Below, piece by piece: positions 1 to 22,242 of a DNA stretch of 64,000 nucleotides. The position numbers and the translations under genes are program-made. How positions within the stretch are numbered: position 1 is the first letter of the stretch; the number at the start of each line of letters is the position of its first letter. The DNA comes from Magallana gigas (Eukaryota), in the NCBI RefSeq assembly GCF_963853765.1, contig NC_088854.1, positions 41,912,001 through 41,976,000 of the forward strand, read 5' to 3'. The notes beneath the pieces were generated by a model. The model was not told the origin of the DNA, did not search any database, and saw only the letters and a program-made list of their open reading frames with translations.

Positions 1-138
1 ATTAAGTTAGGTAGGGAGAAGTGAACATAGCATTTATTTGTAGGAAAGAGCATGTACGAATGATCTTTATTTAGAACAGTTTGATGTTGCTAGGATACAG
101 GTTTCAGATCCATGATTTGATTGGTTAATTTAGATATT

Positions 139-205
139 GAATCTCGAATTTCGAATCTCGAATCTCGTATCTCGAATCTCGTATTTCGAATCTCGAATCT
201 CGAAT
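139..205. repeat. 7-bp tandem repeat (GAATCTC)n, ~9 units, probably the subterminal array of a DNA transposon end
   Basis: gaatctc/gaatttc/gtatctc units read directly, followed by a non-repetitive end ...ggctttcgtag. Confidence 0.8.
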
Positions 206-458
206 GATCCTTCTCGGCTTTCGTAGAAACCTGTACGTAGCCTTTCGAGGTTATAGACATTTAAATCCCAATTGATTCGTGTCGATGATTCCTGAAAACT
301 TACAATCTTGTGCGCTCACTTTCTTTAGCATGTGGGATACTGGTAGCTGTGATGTTGTAAATGTTGACATTACGCTGCCCCCCCCCCCCTCCCCCCATTG
401 TTGACTTCCTAAAGTTCCTTACTGACGAGGTTTCATTTAATAATATAACAATTGAACT

Positions 459-1440
459 TTAAAGAAATATATCGCATAAGGTCGAAAATGGTGGTCAAAA
501 TGTTACATGGCATTTGATCTTTGATTAACGTGCCTTGCATGCATGGCTCAATGCATCAATTTGGCATAAAGAATTCGGCTGGTTCGTCCTATTTTGTAGT
601 TTTAGGGTTTTTGTGTTTGTTAATAAAATCTTACTAGCTAAAGATGGCAATTTTGCTTTCGCATGTTTTCATTATGTTAATGTTTTAAAGCAATCGATTT
701 AAATAAATCTCTAAAAACTTAAAATTAGATTTTGCGATCATAACCAACAGACTGCCCATTTTTACTTCTTCTTACTATGGAATTTAGTTTTTGTACGTTA
801 GTGCATTTATAACAAAGGTTTGGGAATAAACGGCATTGTGTGCATGATTGCGTAATTTTATTCACAATTTAATGTAAATATGGAAAGTTTTCGAAATCTG
901 TGATAAAAAAAAATGGTATATTATTCTATATAAAGTTAGAAACTTTCTGCAAACTATACAATTTAATTCAAACGCATTTAGATGTTTAAATATAATTTCC
1001 AATAATTTTTTTTTTACATACTGGCCCAGTCTGTAAATGCCTCTGTTTGAAATATGTCATGCAGTCGTTGGGTTATAAGTGAGTTACAGAGCTGGCAATT
1101 TTTACATTTAAATTTAAGTGAAAATTCCTGTCTTAGTCCTAAAATGAATGAGTTAAACATTATGTACTATTTATTTATGCTTAAAACGAGTTAGGAGATA
1201 GACAAACCAGCTTGAAAACGATTTTTTATTGGTATTTTGAACCTACGTAAACAAAATCAGGGCACAGTCCTTGTTTACCTGACAAAGACTTGTTAGCTCT
1301 GTATATTGCTAAAGTTTATAACTCTAGCACTGACTCTCAATTTTCATTTTATCATTAGAAATGTATTCCTAAAGCATTGTATATAATAAAAACAGAAAAA
1401 TAGAATTTGACCAAAATCGTGACCTGATAATGCCCTTTAA
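459..1440. mobile_element. Putative TTAA-flanked non-autonomous DNA transposon (Kolobok-like)
   Basis: TTAA at 459-462 and 1437-1440. Left end ttaaag...ggtc...ggtcaaa loosely matches the reverse complement of the right end (ttaaagggcattatcaggtcacgattttggtcaaa). Termini are AG...CT. TIRs are degenerate. Confidence 0.45.
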
Positions 1441-1663
1441 ATGCGGATTAAAGTACATTATAATTAAAATACTTTTCACCGGTTTAGAACTTTCAAATTT
1501 TGCAAATTTAACCAATAATAACCGTCGGAAACCTAAGGTTAATTACGCTTCGTTCCTCTCTCCATTACCGGGAACGACGCGTTATCAACCGACGGTTTCC
1601 GACGATGACCAAAAAGACGTTAAAAATAATTGGAAAGGTAAAAATGTTAAAATCTCCAACGAG

Positions 1664-1731
1664 TGACGAATTCATGACTTACAGATTCGAGGTGAAACCA
1701 CTGCTCTACGCTGTTATGTGAATTTGTTTGG
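1664..1731 (-). mobile_element. Degenerate tRNA-derived SINE head
   Basis: Minus strand reads ataacagcgtagagcagtgg...ctgtaagtcatgaattcg, with A-box-like and B-box-like segments. No complete cloverleaf. Confidence 0.35.
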
Positions 1732-2026
1732 AAAATACACTATTTATAAATTTGCAATGTGCACAGGCGATGTGTACATCATGTCACGCTTGATTATACA
1801 GTTTAATTTATTGCTTGACGTCAAGACGTCAGGCATATTTAAGGTTTAAAATTAAGTTGCATTCTCCGAAACGACAAGCAATATCATGATATTTCACAAA
1901 AAGATTAACCGATGCATGTTTAAGATGTCAGCATTTACATGCACAATTGATGAAAATGTTATATGGCATGTAATAACAACAGCGAGCAAGAGGGACGTTT
2001 CACCATGCAGTGCACGTGTGTAATCC

Positions 2027-2156
2027 ACAGGGGCTCGTCACGAAGTTTTTTCAACCTTTTATATATACCACCTCTATACTATAAAATACACGTGTATTTT
2101 ATAGTATAGAGGTGGTATATATAAAAGGTTGAAAAAACTTCGTGACGAGCCCCTGT
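2027..2156. mobile_element. 130-bp perfect palindrome (foldback MITE) with 9-bp TSD
   Basis: Perfect spacer-less inverted repeat centred on cac|gtg (2091/2092). Direct repeat GTGTAATCC at 2018-2026 and 2157-2165. Confidence 0.85.
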
Positions 2157-3421
2157 GTGTAATCCTGATTTAAAAATAAATCAGCATTCCTCATCGCAAC
2201 AACAAGTTGCCTATTGTCTATTACGATTGGTGTTGGATTATCTTTCTTACAAGAGAGTCATCAGTTTGGATTAAAACAAATATATTTTTATACAGCTGGA
2301 ATGTTTACTGGAGGAACTAAATCGCCGAAGCGGGGTTAATTGGCCCGATTTTCGTTCAGTTTGGCGATTTCATTAATATTGAAAAGGGATCAGAATTTGA
2401 CTCGCGTGTCTTACTAAATGTACATTACTACATTTAACAATTACTAATCAAGTGTGTTTCTTAATTCGTTAGATTTCTTCCAAAGCATCCGATCCAAAGT
2501 AAATATACATGTCTGTAGCTGTTACAAAACAAATGTCAAAAAATTCATCTGACCCCCTCCCCACGGATCTTCTGCCAGTTGATGAGTTCATTCGTTGCGT
2601 GAACGGTAATAGCAGGATTTCGCGCCATAATGTCTCATTCATAGTTTTTGCGCACCGATTAGTTGACGAGTCCGTTATGATCATGCGAATACCCCAAAGC
2701 ACACCATGCGTTTACATTACAGCATCGGGGTTGCGATGAGGGGGGCTGCCTCCCCCTCCCCATTTTTTGGCAGCTGGCACTTTTCTTAACTTTATATGAT
2801 AAATGGAAATATCATGGATTTGCCCCCCCCCCTCCACTTTTGTATGCAATAAATGAACCTGCAAATAAGGAATTCTAATTGAATTGAAGTTACAGATAGG
2901 GTTTTTTTCCCATGAATTTGAGAATTCACCCTTTTTTAATTGCTTGTCAAGATGATTTTGATGAAGCTGCCCACACACATTCATAAACAATACGTGTATG
3001 TATAACCTTTCATATTTCATATAGTTGGAATTTTTTAAAAATGCCTTTCAGTTGATTTTGCATCTTAATATAACAAATACAATTTTAAAAAACCCATTAT
3101 TTACTCTACAGCTTTCAAGCTTACATGCTCTTATGTGATATGTGTATATTCCTAAAGAAATTGAATTAATAAAATAAATGAATTTCAAGTGATATGTACA
3201 TGTACATGTTCTAGATCGAAGAAAAGACTGACATTTCGTCTTAAATTTGCACGTTCCGTTTATAAATTTATGATCAGCAGCGAAAATTAAAATTCATTTC
3301 TAATAAGATAGCCTAATTGAAATACATGTATGCATGCTTCCATTGAATAATTTTGATTAGCCAGGCAAGCTTTTTGGAAAACTATTACTTGTTTTGATAA
3401 ATAGTTCGTCGCAACATGGAG

Positions 3422-3506
3422 CATCTTCGCAAGCCAAGGGTTTACGATCCACTCTATTCGTTGAAGAGGACAAGGGTAGATCGTAAACCCTTGGCTTGCG
3501 AAGATG
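3422..3506. mobile_element. Mini foldback element, perfect 28-bp arms
   Basis: catcttcgcaagccaagggtttacgatc (3422-3449) and its exact reverse complement at 3479-3506. Confidence 0.7.
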
Positions 3507-5320
3507 AACAGTGAGGTGTCCCATACCACCTTAAGTGGACGCGAAAGCGTGATAGGATGCCGGTAAGTTAAAAAGAGTATAGTGCCTTTTCCCATTATTT
3601 AGCCTACACCCGTGTTTGAACGGAAAGTACATGTTACTAAAAACAGATACAGGTACCTATCGTTATATGATTTTTCGAAACCCTAGAGTGTAGGTACTGA
3701 TTTTATAATGGTGTTTATATAACCAGTGATATGTTATCAATTCAGGAAACCTGCATCGAGAATGAATACATAGAACTTTGTGTGTAAATTTAAGTCATCT
3801 GATAGTCTGAACCGTGATAACTTCCAGCAAAATGCAATGAATGGATGTGGATAAGTGGATATAAAGTTGTTTTTGTTTTTTTGTACGAACATATTTTATT
3901 GTTAAGATGGTATATACTATTAATAGGATCGGACATAAATTCTGTAAACTTAAAACGCCCTCTCCTGTATAGTATAGAATATAAAAAGTATAAAGTATAT
4001 TAGGGTCTTTGAAGAGATCTGTTTATACTGGGTGTACTCTTATTCAGAATTAAACAAGAGAATTTGAAACAAAATCCAGCAGATTAGATACGTGTAATCT
4101 TGTCATGCTTTAAGTGAAAAAGAAATAAAATACTACTGGATGAAATCGATCAAGCAACCCAAAACCAAAAAGACCTATACGCGTTACCACTAGGCCACGC
4201 ATATACATATAACACTTTCATTGGATGTCTTTTCAATATGTGCGGCTATATACATAATTGTTTTAAAAAGCCACAAATTCAAATGTCTAATTTTCAGTAC
4301 GAGGACCACGTTAAAACAGAATAATTTCAATGTAAACGTGTAATTACAATACCCGTTGAACATACTTTTAACCGGATTTCTTTGGTTTGAAGTGGTTCAA
4401 ATAGTCAAATATCAAACTTTTTATTGCATACTAACTATTTTACAATACGTAAAATTTTAATGATTTCGTGTACGATTATTAGGACTCTTTTAACATGCCA
4501 ATTGTGTGATTTGCATTTCTTTGAATATATTTTAACTAAATATTGTATAATATTGAAAACATCTGATGTTTGCAAAAGGGCTATATTGTGGGCGAAATTG
4601 TATACGAAGTGCGCTACCTCTTTTGGTTGACCAATAGAAATGCATTGCTAAAGCGTTTAAAAAAACAAAAATGAAAAAAAGAAGAAGAAATTTCTATAAT
4701 CTTTGCGAGATTCGTCGAGATTGAAAATATTTCCCTGACGTCTACAGTCAAAATTGCAGCGTTGATGAATCTTGATTATTTCAAAAGATTTTTTTTGCTT
4801 AAAACTACCTCCCTGTTAAAATTGAACCTTAAAAATAATTAAATAAAATTTATTTAATTTTATTTTTCAAAGGGATTTGAAAATTAATTTTCATTCAAAA
4901 ATTAACTGCACTGGGCCTAAAGCAAAAATAAAATTTGACAGACAGAATGACAGTGCAAATACAGTATGCCCCTGATATTTGATATTTTGTGACATAACAA
5001 TAGACAATTGTGAAATTATTATAACGGGATGTAAATGAATTTATATATATATAGAGGGAGGGTAAAATAGCATAATCATGCTATATTATAAAATTGTACC
5101 TCATGATGTGACGATGGTAAATGCTAATAAGCACTCTTAAACGGATCGTAGAGTGTCACTGACTCAATCTGACATCCAATGAACAGTGATGACCAAAGCA
5201 AAATCCTGTGCATCAAACTTGATTACATATACCTTTACTTAGTATGCTATGATCTATCTATATCATACGACAACCGTGTCAATATGATTTTATCTGCTGT
5301 CAATATATAAGTATGAATTA

Positions 5321-5572
5321 GAACCATTTTAAAAAGACCTTGGACTTTGGGTAGTTGTGTCAAACAGCAATGTGACGTATGCCTGTCTATTTCATTGCTA
5401 GCCACTCTGCAGTCATGGCTCTTTGAAATCAACAAGATTTGTCTGGCTTTTGAGCTAAGACTATGCAATTGATGCATATTTCGCTTGAAACCGCGTCATT
5501 TTTAATTTGTTTTGACGCAAAGAAGAGATAGCTACGCTCTACTGAAAGTCCAAGGTCTTGTTAAAATGGTTC
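5321..5572. mobile_element. TA-flanked MITE (Tc1/mariner-type), ~35-bp TIRs
   Basis: gaaccattttaaaaagaccttggacttt... versus ...aaagtccaaggtcttgttaaaatggttc. TA at 5319-5320 and 5573-5574. Confidence 0.75.
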
Positions 5573-5671
5573 TATCATATGCAGAAGATGCATCTCAGAA
5601 GGCAAACAAGTATTTGCAGAAGTATATGTCACAGAGAAGATAAAACGCTTTCTCATAATGTTTTTACATAC

Positions 5672-5969
5672 CTTTTTGCATATTTGGAATTTTTTTGGAT
5701 TTATCGTCATGAAGACCTTTTGGGAATTGCGAGGAAGCATATCTTGTTACTTGATCTGTTAGGTTTGTGCTTAATATTTTCGGTCTCCTAGCACAATATC
5801 GCAGATAAAATTTTTTCTTTTCTATGTTCATTTCGACAAAACAAAATCTGCGTGGGTTCTGGTGTTGAGATGAGACTTTGCAATTTTGTTTGAGTGATGT
5901 CAACATGACAGGCGCAAACACATTAAGGAAAGGGTTAAGAATTTGGCAAGACTTCTTCAAAGAATCCAT
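5672..5969 (-). CDS. Probable first coding exon of an unidentified gene divergent from CDK7 (99 codons + 1 nt)
   Basis: ATG in a good context (aaccatcATGg) with a 298-nt open frame ending at the canonical donor AAG|GTATGT. The product is basic and Arg/Lys/Ser-rich. I could not find downstream exons. Confidence 0.45.
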
Positions 5970-6275
5970 GATGGTTTGTTGACATCGTCACGCCTGAGTG
6001 ATCTCTTCGTACAGTACCCAAAACTGTATATATATTGACCTTCATACAATGAAGGGGTTCAATTTTATTAAAATGTATTAAAATAAGATGAAAACTTTGT
6101 GATTTTATTGGTTATAAACATTTAACTTGTGAAGGGAATATATAAATTATACATATCGAAAACTATTAGAACGACATAACTAAGTACTCATTCCATCTAG
6201 GTTTGATGTGCGTTTATAATTACGATATTTTTAATTTCTTATTAACGTTGCGTTTCAACATTGATTTTTTTCAAA

Positions 6276-15558
<9,283 letters not shown>

Positions 15559-17600
15559 AATGACATATTGACAAATGTGATATCAAGGATATAAAAAAAA
15601 AACTACACCTATCAAAGAAATTCATGCATATAAAGAACCAGTGCTCTTGAATGGTTTATCTACATGCAGGAATTTCAAACAATGGAATTCATTCTGGACA
15701 GAAAATCTTGGAATACCGTATTTATTGTCATATTTTTCTGTGAACACTGTAGTGCCATTTTAAAAATTATAGTTGAACAATGATCTGAAACTCAGGAACG
15801 AGGGGTAATAAATGGATTACAATAGAACATGTGTAAAAATTGTTGAAAGTTAAAGGTGCTTTTTAACTTCGCTGCAATTTCAAGTTTATGAGAATATATG
15901 TATGAAAAAAAAGAAAAGAAAGATTTTGGTCACTGATGTGTGATGTGTGAATGTTGAGTGCTTCACAGAGTTTTTGCAATTTCAGAGTGAAAGTTTGCTA
16001 AATTGGTGTGAAAAATATGTGGTGCACTTAAAAATCAGTTGTTTTTGTTATTGAGTTCACAAGTATGTGGTTATGATTTACAATGCTGTGATGTGTTTTG
16101 TCTGCCAAGCAGATTGTTGTTTAATAGTTGTTATGAATGTGTGTTTGTACAGCGCGACAGGATTATAAACATACCTCTGTAAGATTTTCTATTTTGAAAG
16201 CAAGTCTTTGCATTACATATACATGTATCAGCTACGGATGCTGAGGTATTAGTGTTTGGATAAATTATTCAAAGGGAAAGTTATTTTCTTAGGAAAAAAT
16301 CTCTAGCTCTACTTTAAAACTCTATTGTACATGTACCTTAAAATGTATGTTTCTTCTCAAGGCATCATAGAGTATTTATTGACCAAAGTTGAAATACATG
16401 TAGATGAACACTTGATAATTAGTATGTAATAGTAACATGAACTAACTTGTTATGACTGTATATGCATCAGTTAAAATAACATTAAAAAATTCAAACACTT
16501 ATAACCATGTCAAGTTATTTTGTACTCAGGAGTGAAACAATGAAAGAATGAAAATCAAATCAGATCAAACTGCTATAATCTTTGAACCTGTGTACTTAGT
16601 AAAAAGGAAGTGTACATAGTTAAAAAGAAATTAATCACAGTTTTGGGGAGAAATATGCTTTTCAAAAATCCAATTATTTTTTTACAAATCCCCAGGAATT
16701 CAACCTCATAGTCCTCTGGAGAATAGTCTAGTGCCTGGTGCACTAAAAAACAAATTTTGTTTTACATGTACTGAAAGATAATTTGACAATCATACCAAAG
16801 ATTGAATCCATGTCTTTTAAGCTTAAAAGAAGTAAATTATTTGTGTTTTGTGAATTGCCAGATATATAATTTCTGTAGTCATTTACATATAAACTTTAAA
16901 GGACCCCCACAACATGAAGCCTAACGGTAATTGGTCTGTCTGTCAATACACATGTTCAATATATTTTCTTTTCCTTTGTCCTGTTTAGGTTAAACTTCAT
17001 CCACAGAGTGCCTATGGTTACAGGGTGTTTATAAGTAAATTTGGACCTATTTTAAAGTCTGAAATCAAGGTCAACAGATGTCTGGGTGGAATCTTTGTAT
17101 AGTTATTACTTTCTCACCTTTGACCTATTGGATCATATTTCACCTAAATAGAGTCCTTTCTGGCAGAGCTTGGAAAAACATCTCAAATAAAGTAACATCA
17201 ATGGATTTAACACTTTATAAAGTTGCCAATCCCGTCAAATAAACTTTAAGCAAGAAGCCTTGAATGTCTCTGGTGTAACTTAGGGTATACCTTAACTATG
17301 ATAATCTTAGCACTCTTTTCATTACTCTATATTTACATCTACCAAGTATTATTCCCTCTATATCATACGGAAACTTATAGTAAATTCATAGCTATATAAA
17401 AACAGCCAGACTGAAATTTACATGCCCTGTTCATCGATTGGTCGAAATCTAAAACGGCTGAAACTGACAGGACTGAAATTGACACGCCCTGTTGATTTGG
17501 CTGTTTCTTTTAACTAATGTACCTATGTACATTAACAGTAATTAAGTGAATTTTACTTACTTTTCATAGTCAATTTATTAATTAGTTAAAAAAAAGATGT

Positions 17601-17757
17601 TAATATAAACAATAAAATGCTTTCTTTAATGATTCATGCGGGTTATGAAGGTAGCGATCATTGCAGAAAAAATTTACATAACTGTTTTTTCTGCAATGTT
17701 GCTACCTTCACCTCCCGAATGAATTATCAAACAAAGCATTTTATTGTTTAAATATTT
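17601..17757. mobile_element. Palindromic (foldback) MITE
   Basis: aatataaacaataaaatgcttt...gaaggtagc...ttgcagaaaaa mirrored by tttttctgcaa...gctaccttc...aaagcattttattgtttaaatatt. Confidence 0.65.
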
Positions 17758-18049
17758 ACATCAATGTTTATGAAAAGGGGGCCTGTCATGGATGCCTTAT
17801 GTGTGCAGAAAATCTTGGAACTTAGCATTTTTCTGTCTTCATGGTTGAATCTGGCCAAGAATGTCTTTTGATTAAATTGAATGTCAAAAGAAGTCAATGT
17901 AGTGCTAGGTAAATCCCTACAAAATTTCTCCTTGTATTGTTTAATATGGTTGATACTTCACCAAAGACTGTCAATGTGTGTGCAGTCACCCTAAACTCAG
18001 TAATTGTAAGTAAAAAATAATAAGTACAATGTACATGTATCATGTATAT

Positions 18050-18782
18050 ATAAATTTTTATTAGAAATCAAATCATATACAAATGTATAAATATTTTATG
18101 ATACATTTTGAATGCATTTTTCAAAAACAGAAAGTAAGATAAGAAAAGTTTATAGAATACACTGCTTATGAAATATACGAATATAAAGATTAGACAATTT
18201 ACTCAACTCATATTGCATAGAGGTAGATATGAACTTGTAAGAAATAATACTGGTCAAGCAATTCCTTTAGAAAGAAACAAAAGGACATGTATATTATTTA
18301 ACCAAAATTGTGAAGAAGATGAATGTCACTTTTGTACCGACTGTTCATTATATAAAGAAGAAAGAAATTCATTTTTTCATTATGTCTCAATACTTACCGG
18401 TAACACAAATTTTATACCATTTACGAAGAAAGGAACATTTATCTGGTTAATGTCCAATGAAGACAAATCAATACTTACACAAAGTTAAGTGAGTTTCTAA
18501 TTAATGCTCTCAAAAAAAAAAGACAAAATACTTGAGATCTAAGTGAACGAGTGAGATACTTATACAGATCATGATACCATCTTTGTATTTGTATCAGCTA
18601 CTTTTCTGACTACATAGATATATATATTAATAATATGATATGACATACTGATGTACATTTGCCCAGCTGTTACATGTTCATGTATGTGTATGGACTATTT
18701 GGTAGGTTAAATTTCTCTCTAATAATTGTAATCTTGTATGGCCTCTTGGCCCAAAATTGGAAATAAAACTGTTATTATTATA
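18050..18782 (+). mobile_element. 5'-truncated, degenerate non-LTR retrotransposon (LINE) 3' end
   Basis: ORF 18168-18488 carries the ORF2 C-terminal Cys/His motif (GRY...IPLERNKRTC...EEDECHF..DCSLY.EER). It is followed by a 3' UTR ending aataaaactgttattattata. The 5' boundary is approximate. Confidence 0.72.
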
Positions 18783-19115
18783 TACAAGTATGTATTAAGT
18801 AACAGATTTAAAAATAGATAAATTCATATTTTCAGTTTTTCTGCTCTTTTCTTTAAATACAAAATTGAAATTATAATCATAAACTGCCAATACCATATGA
18901 CTGTTACAAACAAAAACATTACTTACAAAACACTGACCATAAATGCAAGGATTGTTCTTTTACTGAAAAATATTAAAAAGTCATCAAAAAATGCATACCG
19001 ATAATTGCCCCCAGGAAACCTTTTTCATTTCCGATAGACACATGTACATTGAGCGTTGCAATTTAATTGATAGCACTATATAATTAAGTGGACTTCCAGA
19101 AGAATGACAATTCAC

Positions 19116-22050
19116 TTAGATGTTGGACTGGGCTTTGAGTAGAGAGGCGGCAGCTTTGTCCAAAATCCAGATCAGTTCTCCTTGGGTGGGTTTGACTCTG
19201 GCGGCAGGCAGTGGCTCCCCTCCGTCCGACTCCAGCACCCTCTGAATACACATTGATTAATTATAGCAATTAATAATTGTGATGTTATTTAGCATTAGTC
19301 ATGTCCTTATCTGTTGCTAATTTATCAAATTGAGAAATACATGTGTACTTTTATTAATAGACAAATTATAACACTGTTACAGCTATCACGGTTACAGTGA
19401 ATTCATACTATCAATGAAGTAAACTTAATTACCCAAAAACATTATGGGTCTTTGAATTACATTTATAGTTATAACATTTCAAAGTTTTTCATCCAACACA
19501 CATTGCTATAAGTTGTTATACTGTATATGTATATTAAAAACACTTGTGATTTGAAGTGCAACCAACCTCTGTTTAACTGCATAAATTTTGATGGTCATAG
19601 ATCAAGTTCATGATGATAAAAAATGGACCTTGTGGGGCAAAGTTCAACAATAAAAGGAATTCTTGTATTTTTCTCCGCTCAGAGTTATCTCCCTTTCATC
19701 TCTATTACATTGTGCCTCAAAAGAAAACATACCTTTACAATCTCCGCCTTGCCTCCACCACAAGAGGCAAATATGGCACATTCACAGTTATTGATCATTG
19801 GAAAGGTCATGGTCACTCTTTTAGGAGGAGGTTTTGGGGAATCACTGATGGGAGCAATTATATCCTTCGTCATCTGTAATTAAAAACATTAACTAGGTAT
19901 GCAAGGCTGCATGAACATTTGATATTGGTACAGCTTACATTTGATATATTTGAGAAAGGTATAGCTGTCATTTGAAATAGGTATAGCTGAACTTCTTGAC
20001 CTTTTGACAAGAAATTCCTAAAAACATGTAGTATATTACAAACTTGCAGGAGAATGCTGGCAATTCAACATCTCTAAACATGAATAAAAAATTATGTGAT
20101 AGCTCAATATTTTGAGATTTAGAGGTTTAAAATGATAAGAAACGTTGACGCTCCCTGAGTGGGACATATGTTTGTAGAAGGTTCACTCCAAACAGAAGCA
20201 GGAAACCATTGCAGCCAGTCAATTAAGAGCATGCTGAAAAAGTGCCTTATCTAAGGACATAACACTGACAAAACAACAAGTGACCACAGCAGTGACCTTC
20301 TGGCTAATGGCAAAACACCAGCAACCAATGAGTCAATACCTGGATGTGGTCCACTACATTACATATAAATACATGTCAGTTATGGTACTTGAACAGCATT
20401 TTATCTTGCTGACCTTAAGAAGAGGGTGCTCAGGGAACAAGGAGCAGGTGTGTCCATCTGGTCCCATTCCTAGCAACAGTAGATGGAATTTTGGGAGGTC
20501 CACTCCTCCAAACACCTCGAGGATCTTCTCCTTGTAAGCCTGGGCTGCATCCTCCACTGTAAAATAAGGAAGGGGCAAGTACAATGTTGAATTTTCAACA
20601 CAAGATTGATAATACATATAATTTGTCAATGAATTGCTTCAAGGAGAGGAAGTGTGCTTGTGATGTACTAGTACAAAAATTAGCTTGCTGCTATTTTTTT
20701 GGCAGATAACTTGAAACCGCTGAATTAAGAATAAATGACTACATGTTATAGGAAATCGTAAAAATCTACGCCATTTTACTTCTCCCCATCACGTATTAAC
20801 ATATACACCTGTATTCTAGGTTGCAAGTATAAAAAGTTACCAGAGAGATCAGGGTTGATTGGGAAGATGTTTTCCCCTGGAAGTGGTCCTCCATTGTCCA
20901 CTAACTTTGATTTGTAGATGGTGTATGTACATTCTGGATCTGTGAATGGTACATGTCTCTCATCACAGAAAAACACTCTCCATTTACTCCAGTCTGTTGT
21001 CCTGCTGGGTAAACCATTGCACAGAAACTTGGCCATGCTCCCTCCTTCATATAGAAAATAATGAAAATTTAGAAGGTCTTCTTTATTATCTTAAACATGT
21101 TGCTTAGTCATAAGTTTCATTGTAAACAAAATGGGAAAAACATGTGCCGTAAGCAATGAACTTGTCCAACTTATTAGTTATATGTCAGCTGGACAACGTA
21201 GATAGGGACCATCTTTAAGGGCTCCGCTTAAATAATGGTCGAAAGGATAAAAAGCATTTTAGAGAATTTAGCTTTGACCTTGATCTATGGTTAACTTAGA
21301 AATTTTTCAGCTGGCATGGAATATCTACTACAATCCTATTACCCCTTACAAAAATTACAGGCATTTTTGTGAGACATCTTTCAAACATTTCTGAGAAATG
21401 ATTAAGCAAATGGGAAATAATCTACGGCCTAAAACTAATTAAAAAGATATCTGTTATGACCTTCACATTGACTTGGTTCAATATAGTCATTGCACAATGC
21501 ACACCAATCGCCCAAAAGATCTGTTGATGTGAAGTATAAGCCANNNNNNNNNNNNNNNNNNNNNNNNNNNNNNNNNNNNNNNNNNNNNNNNNNNNNNNNN
21601 NNNNNNNNNNNNNNNNNNNNNNNNNNNNNNNNNNNNNNNNNNNNNNNNNNNNNNNNNNNNNNNNNNNNNNNNNNNNNNNNNNNNNNNNNNNNNNNNNNNN
21701 NNNNNNNNNACCTACAAAATTTATTCAAGATCACTGCACACCCTTTGACAATAGGCACAAGTTGAACTTATGTGAAAAGTAAGTTTAAATTAAGTTACAT
21801 TTCAAGGAATATTGCAGCTTATGGTGTAATAAACATCGGGCTCGGGAGACAAGCATCAGAACTCTTCCCATTTTCAAAAAGCAAGTGCTTCTATGTTTAT
21901 TTATGCTTAAATTTCCAAATTACCCGATAATCCAACCGTAAATTTTCCATCTCTTTCAATAGCTGAGTTTGCTTTCTCAATAACAAGGTCACAAAGCTTA
22001 GATGATACGTCGGCTTCTGACTCTAACACCAATATTGTGGGCGCAGCCAT
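19116..22050 (-). CDS. PGLS: 6-phosphogluconolactonase, 5 exons, 246 aa
   Basis: Exons (minus) 22050-21924, 21044-20841, 20556-20414, 19873-19733, 19241-19116. Motifs: [55 protein letters not shown]. Confidence 0.96.
21544..21709. other. Assembly gap (N run) in PGLS intron 1
   Basis: 166 N. Confidence 0.99.
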
Positions 22051-22242
22051 CTTGATTTATAATCTCAAGAGACGTTTTACATTTATATCAAATTTATGCA
22101 TTGAGCTCGGCACAAAAAGTAAGTCATTTTTTCATCTTTCTAAATCATCGGATTTAAAAAGAAACGAAGAAGATGGAATATTAGGAAGTAAACATTTGAT
22201 CAATGTAGAGACTATAAAATCACTTCCGGTTAAACATAAAAT
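22051..22242. promoter_or_regulatory. Bidirectional promoter/5' UTR region shared by PGLS and CDC73
   Basis: Only 192 bp separate the two divergent ATGs. ETS-type motif CACTTCCGGT at 22221-22230. YY1-like AAGATGGCTG overlaps the PGLS start codon. Confidence 0.7.

Noticed and set aside
2296-4324. Exon-like plus-strand fragments (LECLLEELNRRSG at ~2296, ETCIENEYIELCV* at 3746, YEDHVKTE* at 4298) and ORFs 2469-2739
   Set aside because: They have plausible splice signals but cannot be chained into a frame or matched to a known protein, and are too short to support.
21435-21765. ORFs spanning N runs (also 58723-59087) and the poly-ER ORF 55403-55762
   Set aside because: Artefacts of gaps and of the (GA)n microsatellite.
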